A DNA stretch of 34,593 bases, taken from positions 1 to 34,593 of the IMG/VR virus record IMGVR_UViG_3300030110_004897. One strand, written 5' to 3'. Below the pieces are notes generated by a model. It was not told the origin of the DNA and made no database searches. It saw only the letters and a program-made list of their open reading frames with translations. Below, piece after piece: positions 10,940 through 20,545 of the stretch. This DNA comes from a virus. Taxonomy: Duplodnaviria; Caudoviricetes. Both the position numbers and the translations under genes were made by a program. Each line of letters starts with the position of its first letter. The stretch's first letter is position 1.

Positions 10940-11391
10940 TTTTTATCCATCGCTTTCATTAATGCACTATAGTCTCGTGTCATAGCATTCACCACATCCT
11001 CAGGCACCGCGTCTGGATTTACACCCTTACTCTTAATAGTTTCTACTGCGTTCATATTTCTAGCCACCTCATTTGACTCAACTTCTCTACCCATAGTTCT
11101 AGCCACTAACTCACCCATTCTGCTTGTATCATATGTACCACCACCCATTGTTGGATATGGTGCGTTTTCACCTTGCGGAATACCACCTTTTGTTTCATTT
11201 AATATTCTGTTAAGAATTGGGTCGTTCACCAATTTCTTTTCTTTTTTTTGTGGTTCTTCTTTTTGAATTGTAACCGAATCAGATAAATTAATGGATTGTT
11301 TTTGTTCCTTAATAAATATCCTATTAACTTCTTTTTTGACCTCTCGTCTTACAATTTCAGAGATTATTTTTATAAACTGCTTTTTATTCAT
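10936..11391 (-). CDS. Hypothetical phage protein
   Basis: 151-aa ORF, SD GGAG, stop overlaps the gp25-like start. Confidence 0.7.
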   Translation of the reverse strand: MNKKQFIKIISEIVRREVKKEVNRIFIKEQKQSINLSDSVTIQKEEPQKKEKKLVNDPILNRILNETKGGIPQGENAPYPTMGGGTYDTSRMGELVARTMGREVESNEVARNMNAVETIKSKGVNPDAVPEDVVNAMTRDYSALMKAMDKK

Positions 11392-11399
11392 TTTAACTC

Positions 11400-12431
11400 C
11401 TATGCGGTTTGAACTTCCTTACTTAAAATATTATTTAACTTATTACTCACTTGGTTAACAGCCGTAGCTAATGATGCTGCATTACCAGGCAAAGTGGCTG
11501 GTGTTAAAATTGGTAGCTTAGCAAATATATTTAAAGCTGTTATTAATTCCTTTAATATTAAAACTAATTCACGTCCCTTAACTATTGGTTGTTTATCACC
11601 ACTTCCTAAACTTACATTTTTTGAATTTAAATTTATTTGATTAGCACTTATTCCTGCACTATTTCTACCATTAATAAATATACCATCCGATTTTATTAGT
11701 ATTTTTTTTCCATTAATACTTTCATCATTAGTTGTATTATTATCGAAGCCTGTTATATAAATTGATGAACCATCATTATTCCAACTTTCGTCTATAGGTT
11801 GTTGCCCACTTAGGTTTAAATCCGTCCTTTGTCCTGCCCTTATTTTTATTATAGGTTCATTATTAATATTACCTAAATTAATTGATTGACCAAATCTACC
11901 CTCAAATACAATGTCACCCTCATTTACTTTGATATGTCTAGCCTTAGTAACATCAGGTTTGAATGTATTGAATTCCAATCTATCATTAACGCGTGTCTTA
12001 TCTCCATATGTTGAAGCCCCAAAATTTATATTATTATTTGATAAATTGTAACTATTGTTTGCGTTGATGTAAAAACTACGGTCTAAATCTGGATGTGTAA
12101 AAACTAAAACTGTCTCTCCCTTTAATGGGTAATCTTTTATGTGGGATTCTAATGGAAATATAAAATCATCACCCTCAGGTTGAATACCTTCATTATTTAA
12201 ACGATTTAAAAAATTGACTGTGATTGCTCCATAGTATCTTGGGTCAACATCAGCATTTTTAATATCCTCATCTGTGAGTATAATAGATGTAACTTCAGCT
12301 GGGTCGAATTCATAATGGTCAAATAATCGATAATCCAAAACTTCGTTTATTCTGTTTTCAACCCAATTATAATCAGCCCCACCATTAGGTGTAGGTCTAC
12401 TTGTATTTTTTCCTAAATTAAATCTTGACAT
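11400..12431 (-). CDS. Baseplate hub/spike-like protein (gp5/Vgr-type OB fold plus beta-helix)
   Basis: YPLKGETV (OB-fold like), EGDIVFEGRFGQSI, repetitive beta-strand C-terminus; directly upstream of the gp25-like and gp6-like genes. Confidence 0.6.
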   Translation of the reverse strand: MSRFNLGKNTSRPTPNGGADYNWVENRINEVLDYRLFDHYEFDPAEVTSIILTDEDIKNADVDPRYYGAITVNFLNRLNNEGIQPEGDDFIFPLESHIKDYPLKGETVLVFTHPDLDRSFYINANNSYNLSNNNINFGASTYGDKTRVNDRLEFNTFKPDVTKARHIKVNEGDIVFEGRFGQSINLGNINNEPIIKIRAGQRTDLNLSGQQPIDESWNNDGSSIYITGFDNNTTNDESINGKKILIKSDGIFINGRNSAGISANQINLNSKNVSLGSGDKQPIVKGRELVLILKELITALNIFAKLPILTPATLPGNAASLATAVNQVSNKLNNILSKEVQTA

Positions 12432-12820
12432 TAGTTTATCTTTGATTTTATCTCGGTAGTCACCTCATCCGAACGCTTTTGTAAATCTACAACAACGTCA
12501 TCGATTCCTTTGAGTAATTGTTCTTTTTCTGAATCCGATAAACCAAACTCATTTTCTGAACTACCTTTACTTTCCGCCGCTACTATTTTTTGAACTATGC
12601 TTGCCATCTTAACTAACATCTCATCATTCTTAACGTTTATTTCTAAATACTCTTTTATCATAGGCACAATCTGTACTGCGGTATCTCCGTCTTTGATAAA
12701 TCCAACTATCTCTTTTGTTAGTACATCGAGTTGTTTTCGATTATATTGGGAGTTGGAATATATGTCTTGAAATAAAGAGGATAAAGTTTTTCCTTCAAAT
12801 ATTTCGTAATCAGCGCTCAT
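12431..12820 (-). CDS. Hypothetical helical phage protein, first gene of the structural operon
   Basis: 129-aa ORF, SD AAGGA, ATATTTAT motif at 12853-12860. Confidence 0.7.
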   Translation of the reverse strand: MSADYEIFEGKTLSSLFQDIYSNSQYNRKQLDVLTKEIVGFIKDGDTAVQIVPMIKEYLEINVKNDEMLVKMASIVQKIVAAESKGSSENEFGLSDSEKEQLLKGIDDVVVDLQKRSDEVTTEIKSKIN

Positions 12821-12969
12821 AATATTTCCTTATTAGATATTATAACTCATATATAAATATGATTTGGTATAAAAAAGATTCAATATATATTAGAGGATAA
12901 TTATCAATAATAGATAGTTATTACTACTGAAAGCTTTTAGTAATCTTATTAACTAAATGGGAGATAACC

Positions 12970-13191
12970 GTGAAGGAAATCATAACAATGGTAAAAGGAT
13001 ATATCGATGACTTAGTTCATTTGATGATATCTTTTGTAACCATCGGTGCTGTATCTGAAGTAATATTCGGTACTGGCGTCTTTGGTGTAAATGTTATCGG
13101 TAACCTAACATCTATCATAAACAAGTTCGGCGATTCAGGATTCGCTGGGCTCGTCGCCTTGTTGGTGTTGGTGGGTTTATTCCGTAAGTAA
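12970..13191 (+). CDS. Small membrane protein (only convincing plus-strand gene)
   Basis: GTG start with SD GGGAG, two hydrophobic segments, followed by a terminator. Confidence 0.75.
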   Translation: MKEIITMVKGYIDDLVHLMISFVTIGAVSEVIFGTGVFGVNVIGNLTSIINKFGDSGFAGLVALLVLVGLFRK

Positions 13192-13209
13192 CAGATTACT
13201 TGCGAATAT

Positions 13210-13242
13210 AAAAAAAGGGGATTTTATATCCCCTTTTTTTTT
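13210..13242. terminator. Bidirectional intrinsic terminator
   Basis: A7-GGGGAT-TTTAT-ATCCCC-T9 between the convergent plus-strand gene and tRNA-Ala. Confidence 0.85.
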
Positions 13243-13270
13243 GCCATAAATGCATGGTTGCTGCTTAATG

Positions 13271-13343
13271 TGGAGCTGACAGGAGTCGAACCTGCGACCT
13301 CTTCCGTGCAAGGGAAGCGTTCTCCCAACTGAACTACAGCCCC
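13271..13343 (-). tRNA. tRNA-Ala(UGC)
   Basis: GGGGCTG/CAGCTCC acceptor with G3:U70, anticodon arm CTTCC-CTTGCAC-GGAAG, GTTCGAC T-loop; CCA not encoded. Confidence 0.95.
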
Positions 13344-13347
13344 ATAT

Positions 13348-13533
13348 TTAATTTTTAGATTCTGATACCGATAACTTCCTATAATCTGTAATCAACTTTT
13401 TAAATTCACCTATAGCTTTTCTAGCTCTGACAGCTGCCGACTTATTATTTTTTTCTTTAAATAACTTATGATTATCATTGAATTGTTTCCATAAAACCTC
13501 AAACTCTTCAAAGAGTTCATCTGTGCTATTCAT
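13348..13533 (-). CDS. Histone H1-like Hc1 family protein
   Basis: NKSAAVRARKA...KKL...YRKLSV motif; SD GGAG. Confidence 0.7.
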   Translation of the reverse strand: MNSTDELFEEFEVLWKQFNDNHKLFKEKNNKSAAVRARKAIGEFKKLITDYRKLSVSESKN

Positions 13534-13546
13534 TTAATTCTCCAAT

Positions 13547-14419
13547 TTAGCTGGATGGTTTGATACCACCTTTAGGAGAGGATAGATTTTTTTCATTATT
13601 TTCATCCACCTCTTTTATAACTATTTCTTTTTTTTTATTTGGAACAATTTTTTTCTTACTTTTAACAACCTTAACTTTACTTTTATATTTGTCAAAAATC
13701 TTTTCAACACCAGTTTTATTTTGCTCTAACGATTTATTATAAGCAATAATCAAACATACAGCCATCGGGTCAAAAACAAATATCAATATAAAGATAAAAA
13801 ACTTAACAACAGAATCGATATCGGTATCAAAAACTCTAGCCAAATATATCGCCGGCCCAACATCCACACCAGTCTCTATTAGAGATATTTCTAAATCTGA
13901 TTTTCTAGATTTAACATTTAATATCTGCTCATTTAACTTTTGTATTTGTGGATTAAATTGTTCCCTTAATTTTCTTTTAGCGGTGATATAATTTTCTGGT
14001 AAATCATTAACAGATTGTTCAAACTCATCTTTTAGAAAAGTTCTATCATCCTCTAATTGCTCCAACCTATCTTCTAACGCTAATAATTCATTAGATTGTT
14101 TTTCAAATTGAACAGTTGCACCTTGATAAGCATTAGATAAAAAACCAAAGATACCAGCGGATGTAATCAACACTAATGTTATGACACCGATAATGAGATA
14201 AGTTTTTATTGCTAAATTTATATCATCCCAAAACCTATATAGAAAGGAAGCGGCAACTAATTTACCTAGCTCCAAACTACTTGCCATAAAAATAACGGCT
14301 ACAGCTGAACCAGCAAAAAGTTTTGATAATCCAAACACAGAGTAAAAGGCCGCACAACCAGCTATGAATAATGCGCTAAACCCTAATAGAGTGGAAAAGT
14401 TTTTAATTCTTTCAAACAT
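13547..14419 (-). CDS. Membrane protein with coiled coil (three N-terminal TM helices, one C-terminal TM)
   Basis: AAFYSVFGL, MASSLELGKL, ITSAGIFGFLS, IFVFDPMA motifs, common in large phages. Confidence 0.75.
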   Translation of the reverse strand: MFERIKNFSTLLGFSALFIAGCAAFYSVFGLSKLFAGSAVAVIFMASSLELGKLVAASFLYRFWDDINLAIKTYLIIGVITLVLITSAGIFGFLSNAYQGATVQFEKQSNELLALEDRLEQLEDDRTFLKDEFEQSVNDLPENYITAKRKLREQFNPQIQKLNEQILNVKSRKSDLEISLIETGVDVGPAIYLARVFDTDIDSVVKFFIFILIFVFDPMAVCLIIAYNKSLEQNKTGVEKIFDKYKSKVKVVKSKKKIVPNKKKEIVIKEVDENNEKNLSSPKGGIKPSS

Positions 14420-14440
14420 ATAAAATAAATATTGTATATA

Positions 14441-14629
14441 CTACTTTAAATCTTCGTATTCTCCATCAATCATTTTCATACAAATGTAAAAAGTGTCTCC
14501 TCTTCGCAGAACAGAATCGGCTAAACTATACTTCTTTTTTAGGAATTCGGCAGATTTGTTTATAACCTTATCAGCCGAAACTGTTCCACAAATCACATAC
14601 CTATCATCATTTATATTGATGATTTTCAA
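14441..14629 (-). CDS. Hypothetical protein
   Basis: 62-aa ORF, TTG start abutting the hsp20 stop. Confidence 0.55.
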   Translation of the reverse strand: MKIININDDRYVICGTVSADKVINKSAEFLKKKYSLADSVLRRGDTFYICMKMIDGEYEDLK

Positions 14630-15103
14630 TTACGATATTTTAACGGTATGCTTAGTCGGTTTAGTCGGTTCTACTTTCGGAACACTAACTGATAATATAC
14701 CATCCTTAAAGTTAGCTGATATATTTTCTCCATCCAATAACTCACCTAATTCGAATTGACGTTTGAATGATGATTGCTTTAATTCTCTTCTGAGAACTTT
14801 GGCACCATTATCTTCAAACGCGCTGTGCTTATCACCCGAAATTGTTAATACACCATCCTCAACAAAAACCTCTAATTGTTTTTTGTCTAAGCCAGGAATT
14901 TCAGCTACGATACCTACTTTATCATCGTACTCATAGACGTTGACTTTAGGATAAGCTGAACCCTGCATCGGATTAACACCAACGGTTTTAGTAATCTCAG
15001 GAAACTGAGCGTTTACTATTTGGTCAAACATTTTATCGAATGGGGTTAGGAATGAATCCCTATCAATCATAGGGACGTTTGGATTGAAAACAACTTTAGT
15101 CAT
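14630..15103 (-). CDS. hsp20: Small heat shock protein (Hsp20/alpha-crystallin)
   Basis: YPKVNVYE, AEIPGL, GVLTISG, F.RQF.L, A.FKDGILSVSVPK; SD AGGAG. Confidence 0.92.
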   Translation of the reverse strand: MTKVVFNPNVPMIDRDSFLTPFDKMFDQIVNAQFPEITKTVGVNPMQGSAYPKVNVYEYDDKVGIVAEIPGLDKKQLEVFVEDGVLTISGDKHSAFEDNGAKVLRRELKQSSFKRQFELGELLDGENISANFKDGILSVSVPKVEPTKPTKHTVKIS

Positions 15104-15227
15104 TTTATTTCTCCTTTGTTTACGTTAGTCAAACTTGAGATTGATTCTTACGACATCTAATCTCATCTTAGTATCGACCTCATTTGAGCGTCGAATTCAA
15201 ATATAAATATAATGTTTTAATTTTAAA

Positions 15228-15419
15228 TTAAATAATTTTTTTTAGTAATATAGTTTCGATAAAAAATAATTTACCTGTAGCGTCATATACCTTAATTTTT
15301 TCTTCATTCAAAAATGACTCATATTTATTTTCAACATATACAATATCATCCTTATATAACATCCCATTGAATGTTGGATAGTCTTTTAATACCTGAAGTT
15401 TTATTTTATCTGCTGACAT
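15228..15419 (-). CDS. Hypothetical protein (likely start MSADKIK)
   Basis: ORF track 15228-15464 trimmed to the ATG that overlaps the upstream small ORF's end. Confidence 0.55.
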   Translation of the reverse strand: MSADKIKLQVLKDYPTFNGMLYKDDIVYVENKYESFLNEEKIKVYDATGKLFFIETILLKKII

Positions 15420-15570
15420 TTGTGTTTCCATTATCATATGGAACTTTATATCTGATAGGTTCAACTTTATTTTCTTTGATATATTTTTCCAACTCTTTTA
15501 GTTTACTATCAATCCTATCAATCTTTTTTGATATGTCATTTATCTTAAATCTAAAACCTGTAGCTTTCAT
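15406..15570 (-). CDS. Small hypothetical coiled-coil protein (54 aa, MKATGFRFKINDISKK...)
   Basis: Read manually; ATGA overlap with the glutaredoxin stop, SD GAGGA. Confidence 0.55.
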   Translation of the reverse strand: MKATGFRFKINDISKKIDRIDSKLKELEKYIKENKVEPIRYKVPYDNGNTNVSR

Positions 15571-15788
15571 ATTATCCTCATTAATTCATTAACTCCACCA
15601 ATCGGTTTACCATCAATCACTATTGATGGAACTTCCATCCTACCACCCATAATCTCTTTGAGTTGTGTGCGTGATATGCCAGCAACCTCAATATCTATTT
15701 CTGTAAAATCGTATCCTCGTTCTTTTAAAGCTTTTTTTGCTATAACACAACCAGGACACCATTCAGTAGTATACACTAATATATTCAT
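15567..15788 (-). CDS. Glutaredoxin
   Basis: CPGC active site, VPSIVIDGKPIGG motif. Confidence 0.9.
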   Translation of the reverse strand: MNILVYTTEWCPGCVIAKKALKERGYDFTEIDIEVAGISRTQLKEIMGGRMEVPSIVIDGKPIGGVNELMRII

Positions 15789-15796
15789 ATCAATAA

Positions 15797-16084
15797 CTAT
15801 ATGGATATTCCCATAAAGTTAGCAACTTTTTTTATATCAATATTATACTTTTGCGATTGAATATCGAGTAAAGCTTTGTATGCTTCACTTTGCTTAATTG
15901 GCTTTTGATAAACCTGGCCGCTATAAATAAAAGTAGATTTATCATTATTTGATATAAGTTCTAATATCTTTTTTACATCTAAGAATTTTAAAAAACCAGA
16001 ATAAGTGCTGTCCGTTTTTATTTTTTTTCCAGTATCACACATTACAATGTATTTTTCAAATTCACTCCATTTTTCTTTTTTCAT
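15797..16084 (-). CDS. Hypothetical protein
   Basis: 95-aa ORF, SD AAGGA. Confidence 0.6.
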   Translation of the reverse strand: MKKEKWSEFEKYIVMCDTGKKIKTDSTYSGFLKFLDVKKILELISNNDKSTFIYSGQVYQKPIKQSEAYKALLDIQSQKYNIDIKKVANFMGISI

Positions 16085-16124
16085 TTTTATCCTTTATATT
16101 ATGAATATTAAATATTAAAAAATT

Positions 16125-16156
16125 GAGGTGATGAGGGGTCGAATCCCCACCACCTC
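16125..16156 (-). terminator. Intrinsic terminator-like hairpin after the AAA operon
   Basis: Minus strand GAGGTGGTGGGG-ATTCGA-CCCC(T)CATCACCTC followed by AATTTTTT. Confidence 0.65.
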
Positions 16157-16183
16157 TTCTTATGAGAGAGAATAAAAAATTAA

Positions 16184-16339
16184 TTATTTTTTATTTGTTT
16201 GAATCAAATGATTCAACCTATTTATGGCCGCCTTTGCATCACCACCTTTTTTCATTATGGTGGTGATAGCGGTGACATAACAATCAAAAATCAATTCGTT
16301 AATTTTTGATTTTGGTTTTACATCGATTTTAAATTCCAT
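16184..16339 (-). CDS. Small hypothetical protein (MEFKIDVKPK...)
   Basis: SD GAGGA before the ATG at 16339; overlaps the AAA gene end. Confidence 0.55.
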   Translation of the reverse strand: MEFKIDVKPKSKINELIFDCYVTAITTIMKKGGDAKAAINRLNHLIQTNKK

Positions 16340-17492
16340 TATTATCCTCATCTTTCTTATCTTCGTTAAACAAATCATCTGATGAACCATCAGAAACATA
16401 TTTTTGTACCAACTGCTTTACAAAAGTTCTCTCCGAATCCATCCCAGCATCGTCAGCAAATTGTGGATAGACACTAACCTCAGCTGCTTCGTCGATACCA
16501 AAACCATCGTAAAGTAACCCAGCCATCTCAACTGAAGTTCTCGTCGAAATACCTGTCGATACTTTACCCGTATCTGACTTTGACTCCATTCTCGTAGTGT
16601 GGGATATCTCAGAGACAGCCTGTAGTAAATTAGGGTCAACATGCGGAAACATATACTTAAGTAATCCAAACTCTTCTTCATCAGTAAGAACATCCATCTC
16701 TACGATTGTGAATCTATCCATCAAAGCCTTATCCATAACTCTCGTAGATGTATACTCATTACCAATGTTAGCCGTCGCCACAAAGGTGACACCCTCAGCA
16801 ACACTAATTGTTTCCTGCCCATTTGACTCATCAAGTCTCAAATATCTCTGACCACTATCTAAAACAGTCATCAAAATATTCCAAGCATCAGGATGTGCCC
16901 TACTCAACTCATCAAGCAAAATGACAGCGTTAGGAGTTTGAATAGCTTTTACAAACAATGACTCAGAAAAGTAAGTACCCTTCTTTTTATCAAAGTGAAC
17001 GTTACCAATTAAGGTAGCCCTCGGGTCTTGCGTTGAACCCATATTGAAATAAAAGTCAGGCCTATCCAAAGAGTTAACCAAAGACTTAGCAGCCATTGTC
17101 TTACCACAACCAGCGGGACCTGTCATCAGAATATTCTTACCTCTAACCGCTGACCTTATCAAATACTTCCATTTTAATTCTTTCATAACCAAACTCTTTG
17201 GTTTGAGACTAAAAGAACTATGGATAAAATTGAGAACCTCTGCGTGGTCAGAAGGAACCTCAACAGAGCTGGTATCGAAGACCGGCGCCGATGTAGCTTC
17301 ATATTGACTCATTGGAACTTTCCACCAATAAACCCTACCATTTTTACCAGTTCTCCTCTCCAAAGCCATACCAGCTTCGAAAGCTCTTTTTCTGGTGCCA
17401 GTTCCAATAACGGATGTGTGTTTGTTACCATCAGCATCCCACGCATTGAATCTGTTACCACTTTTTTCTATTTTAACGATTACATTATTCAT
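16329..17492 (-). CDS. MoxR/CbbQ-NirQ-type AAA+ ATPase
   Basis: Walker A GPAGCGKT, Walker B ILLDELSRA, ATAN sensor, DKALMDRF arginine finger. Confidence 0.9.
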   Translation of the reverse strand: MNNVIVKIEKSGNRFNAWDADGNKHTSVIGTGTRKRAFEAGMALERRTGKNGRVYWWKVPMSQYEATSAPVFDTSSVEVPSDHAEVLNFIHSSFSLKPKSLVMKELKWKYLIRSAVRGKNILMTGPAGCGKTMAAKSLVNSLDRPDFYFNMGSTQDPRATLIGNVHFDKKKGTYFSESLFVKAIQTPNAVILLDELSRAHPDAWNILMTVLDSGQRYLRLDESNGQETISVAEGVTFVATANIGNEYTSTRVMDKALMDRFTIVEMDVLTDEEEFGLLKYMFPHVDPNLLQAVSEISHTTRMESKSDTGKVSTGISTRTSVEMAGLLYDGFGIDEAAEVSVYPQFADDAGMDSERTFVKQLVQKYVSDGSSDDLFNEDKKDEDNNGI

Positions 17493-17524
17493 TTGTTATT
17501 TTTTCCTCTCATAATTCATACCTA

Positions 17525-17564
17525 AAGATAATACAAAAAACCAGTACAAGTCAAGACTTTTTTT
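17525..17564 (-). promoter_or_regulatory. Early-type sigma70 promoter cassette
   Basis: A-tract, TTGACT (17549-17554), 18-nt spacer, TATCTT (17525-17530). Confidence 0.75.
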
Positions 17565-18135
17565 AATTATTTTCAATTATTTTTTGTACCTCATCTAAAC
17601 CTTTGATTCGATAATTAGATTTTAAATGTTGATTATATGGAGAATCCATCAATATAAATCCCTCTTGCATCCCTCTCTTTTTAATCCAATAATTAAAGTT
17701 ATTGGGAGAGTCATCAACCAAATAATCAACCTGAACATCAGGCTTTTCAAAACCTCTTCTAAAATAAATCGTATCAAAATTCAATCCATACTTACCTAGC
17801 CAACTTAAAGTATAATGTCTTGCGTGTGGTTTTTGTGACGTAACACAACTTAATGAGTGACCTTTTTTATCAGCCCACTCAAATAAGTCATACATTTTTT
17901 TAATTGAACCATACATAGGATTGGCGTTGCCCATAATTTCTTCAGCATGACTGTGCCAGTATATTGATTGTAAATCCTCTTTTTCACAATTGAAACAATT
18001 AGCTAATCTCCAATCGTCAATTTCTGTAAAGTCATCTTTAATATAATGTGGAAAATCTCTTTTAACAACTCTGGTGACCGCATCACAGAAATCTCTTAGG
18101 ACGCCATCGACATCTATTCCAATTTTATAATTCAT
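17563..18135 (-). CDS. HAD-family 5'(3')-deoxyribonucleotidase (NT5C-like)
   Basis: IGIDVDGVL, VTS, K, LVDDSP.N, PYN motifs. Confidence 0.85.
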   Translation of the reverse strand: MNYKIGIDVDGVLRDFCDAVTRVVKRDFPHYIKDDFTEIDDWRLANCFNCEKEDLQSIYWHSHAEEIMGNANPMYGSIKKMYDLFEWADKKGHSLSCVTSQKPHARHYTLSWLGKYGLNFDTIYFRRGFEKPDVQVDYLVDDSPNNFNYWIKKRGMQEGFILMDSPYNQHLKSNYRIKGLDEVQKIIENN

Positions 18136-20243
18136 TAGTTCTTCTCCAAGAATTTTTTGTTCATTGTTTTTGAAACATCAACTACACTTTTTACATTGAT
18201 GAAATTAGCGTCCTTACCATACATAGTTTTGAAATCAGCCTGAGTAGATTCTCTTTCATACTCACCACCGATAAAGTAAGACAACACTTTAATACCTCTA
18301 TTTCTAATCTCATTTACCATTTTTTTGGTGTGGTTAATAGCGTCATCATCATAGTAACTAATCGTATCCGATGAAAACATTGGCATCCCATCGGAAAAGT
18401 TTAGAAAGTATGAATCCAAATCATTTGTTGTTGGGATGATATCATTCATAATAGCTTCGAAACACAAGCCCTCTGGAGTGGTTCCGCCTGGATAAAGATA
18501 AGGAAACATTTTCTTAATCTTTGAAAACTTATCCACTCTGGAATCATAACCGATTAAAATCAATGGGGCATTTGAGTTAGAATTCCATCTCCCATCATTA
18601 CTATGTGTGCTTCTAAAGGAAACTACAACATCTAAGTTCTGAATCATTGAAGCTGCTTTACAAATTGAAACAACAGAGGTCATTGCGCTTTCCCACTTAT
18701 CTCCACTCATAGAACCACTAGCGTCAACAGAGATGTGAAGAAAAGCGTCAGAATAAGAATCGATAAAAGATGTTGAGAAAACTCTCTCATTACCAAATCC
18801 AGCCTCAGCAATCAATCTCTTATCAATCTTACCACTATCAAGTCTAGTCCACTTTGTTTCTCTGGATTCACCTCTGACCTGTAGCTTTCTACCTAACTTA
18901 GTACCAAGTGAAATACCATCCTGAATAAAGTGAGAATCTCTATATCTACTATAAGGTCTGATAACTGATGGAAATACATTATCATCAATCATAGCCTGAG
19001 TTAGTTTTCTAACAACAATAACCTGACAACCTTTACCTTTAACGTAATCACCGATTGTATAATCATATTCAGCTCTCATACCCTCACCCGCCGTAACTCT
19101 ATCCACACCAGCTTCTTCCATAGTCTTAACAATAGATGAATCTTTTTTAGATAACTTACCAACTTTCGCAGGTTTGCCATCAACAAAATCATTTTGTTTT
19201 TTGACAGCGTTACCCAATTGTCTTTTCTGAGCTTCAGTTAAGGTAACTGGTTGACCACCACCTGAACCAACGTCATTATTTTCAATCGCCTCAATTAAAT
19301 CATTTAACTCTGAATCAGAAAGTTCATTAGGTGAATCACCATATTTCTCTTTATTTTTCTTAACATCTGACGCTGGTTGATTTTTTGTATCTCCATATTC
19401 ATCTGTGCTTTTAAGACCATCAAGTAAATTTTTGTAAATCAGATTGACTACCTCAATAGCCACATCAAATGTCTCAGCGGTGTCATTTAGTTTTTTAACT
19501 CTACCATTACCAAAAATAGTATTGTAAATTTTATCTAAATCAGGCAGAACATTTAGTCTAGTGTTCTTATTAGTTAGATTAAGTATTCTGAATATGTAAG
19601 AGTCCCAATCTAAAGATGTATACTCATCGGTTAAGAGAGCCTTATCAATTACTTTGGAATGAAAATACTTATCATACATTGAATGATAATAACCTTTGTA
19701 GCCAGGTGAGGTAGAGAACACATAATAATCGATTCTCCTATCCTCAACATAATTAAGTAAATTTTTACAATGTGAAACAATCTCCCATTTATCATAACCC
19801 TTACTTTCACCAAGTAAATAAATCTCCTGCGGTATATTGTTTTCTAAGTTTCTTAAAAATGAAAAATCTGATAGTTTAATATGTGAACCTTCGTGAAGAG
19901 CCAGACCAACAACAGGGTCAAAATTTTTCTCATCAATCTTAGAACCGATAACAACCTTTTTACCATCAGTAAAAGAATTGTCTTTGGATTGAAAAATGAC
20001 TGGTATGTCTGATTGATTGGTTACGATTGTAACAAAGTTTGAAATAGCTCTTCTATAAGATGCAAGAGCCACGTGGTCAACACCTTTCTTCTGAGGTTCG
20101 TCATCTAAGAAATCAGTTCTCCTACTATCCCATTCATTATCAGCCCAAAAAGAACTAAACGGGTTTGTTCTCTGAACATTACCAGCGGAATATTTTTCTC
20201 TCAGAGCCATCGGATTGAAATGTTTGATTGTTGAATCTTTCAT
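18135..20243 (-). CDS. vWA domain protein with N-terminal HExxH metallopeptidase-like domain
   Basis: LALHEGSH and NYVEDRRID zincin-like motifs; MIDAS DASGSM, GGTTPE, FSDG; SD AGGAG favours the start at 20243 over 20261. Confidence 0.85.
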   Translation of the reverse strand: MKDSTIKHFNPMALREKYSAGNVQRTNPFSSFWADNEWDSRRTDFLDDEPQKKGVDHVALASYRRAISNFVTIVTNQSDIPVIFQSKDNSFTDGKKVVIGSKIDEKNFDPVVGLALHEGSHIKLSDFSFLRNLENNIPQEIYLLGESKGYDKWEIVSHCKNLLNYVEDRRIDYYVFSTSPGYKGYYHSMYDKYFHSKVIDKALLTDEYTSLDWDSYIFRILNLTNKNTRLNVLPDLDKIYNTIFGNGRVKKLNDTAETFDVAIEVVNLIYKNLLDGLKSTDEYGDTKNQPASDVKKNKEKYGDSPNELSDSELNDLIEAIENNDVGSGGGQPVTLTEAQKRQLGNAVKKQNDFVDGKPAKVGKLSKKDSSIVKTMEEAGVDRVTAGEGMRAEYDYTIGDYVKGKGCQVIVVRKLTQAMIDDNVFPSVIRPYSRYRDSHFIQDGISLGTKLGRKLQVRGESRETKWTRLDSGKIDKRLIAEAGFGNERVFSTSFIDSYSDAFLHISVDASGSMSGDKWESAMTSVVSICKAASMIQNLDVVVSFRSTHSNDGRWNSNSNAPLILIGYDSRVDKFSKIKKMFPYLYPGGTTPEGLCFEAIMNDIIPTTNDLDSYFLNFSDGMPMFSSDTISYYDDDAINHTKKMVNEIRNRGIKVLSYFIGGEYERESTQADFKTMYGKDANFINVKSVVDVSKTMNKKFLEKN

Positions 20244-20266
20244 ATTTCTCCTATCTTTCATACCTT

Positions 20267-20306
20267 AATATACAAAATAAATGCAATACGTGTCAAGCTT
20301 TTTTTT
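20267..20306 (-). promoter_or_regulatory. Early-type sigma70 promoter cassette
   Basis: A8-GC-TTGACA (20291-20296), 18-nt spacer, TATATT (20267-20272). Confidence 0.85.
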
Positions 20307-20313
20307 ATTTTTT

Positions 20314-20520
20314 TTAATTATTTTTAGATACATCTAAGTAATGACGTTCTAATTCATCCATTAGATTTAATCTATGTTCTTTAGCCATCCAACTAACGTT
20401 GTGATATTCACCATTGAATGAACTCTGAACAACCTTAATTTCATTAGACTCAGAACTAAAAGCATATTCAACTTTTAATTCGTTGTTTCCGTTTATTTTC
20501 TTTTTAAAAATGAAAGTCAT
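20314..20520 (-). CDS. Hypothetical protein
   Basis: 68-aa ORF with SD AAGGA and its own promoter. Confidence 0.7.
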   Translation of the reverse strand: MTFIFKKKINGNNELKVEYAFSSESNEIKVVQSSFNGEYHNVSWMAKEHRLNLMDELERHYLDVSKNN

Positions 20521-20545
20521 ATATTTCCTTTATTATTTACGCCTA

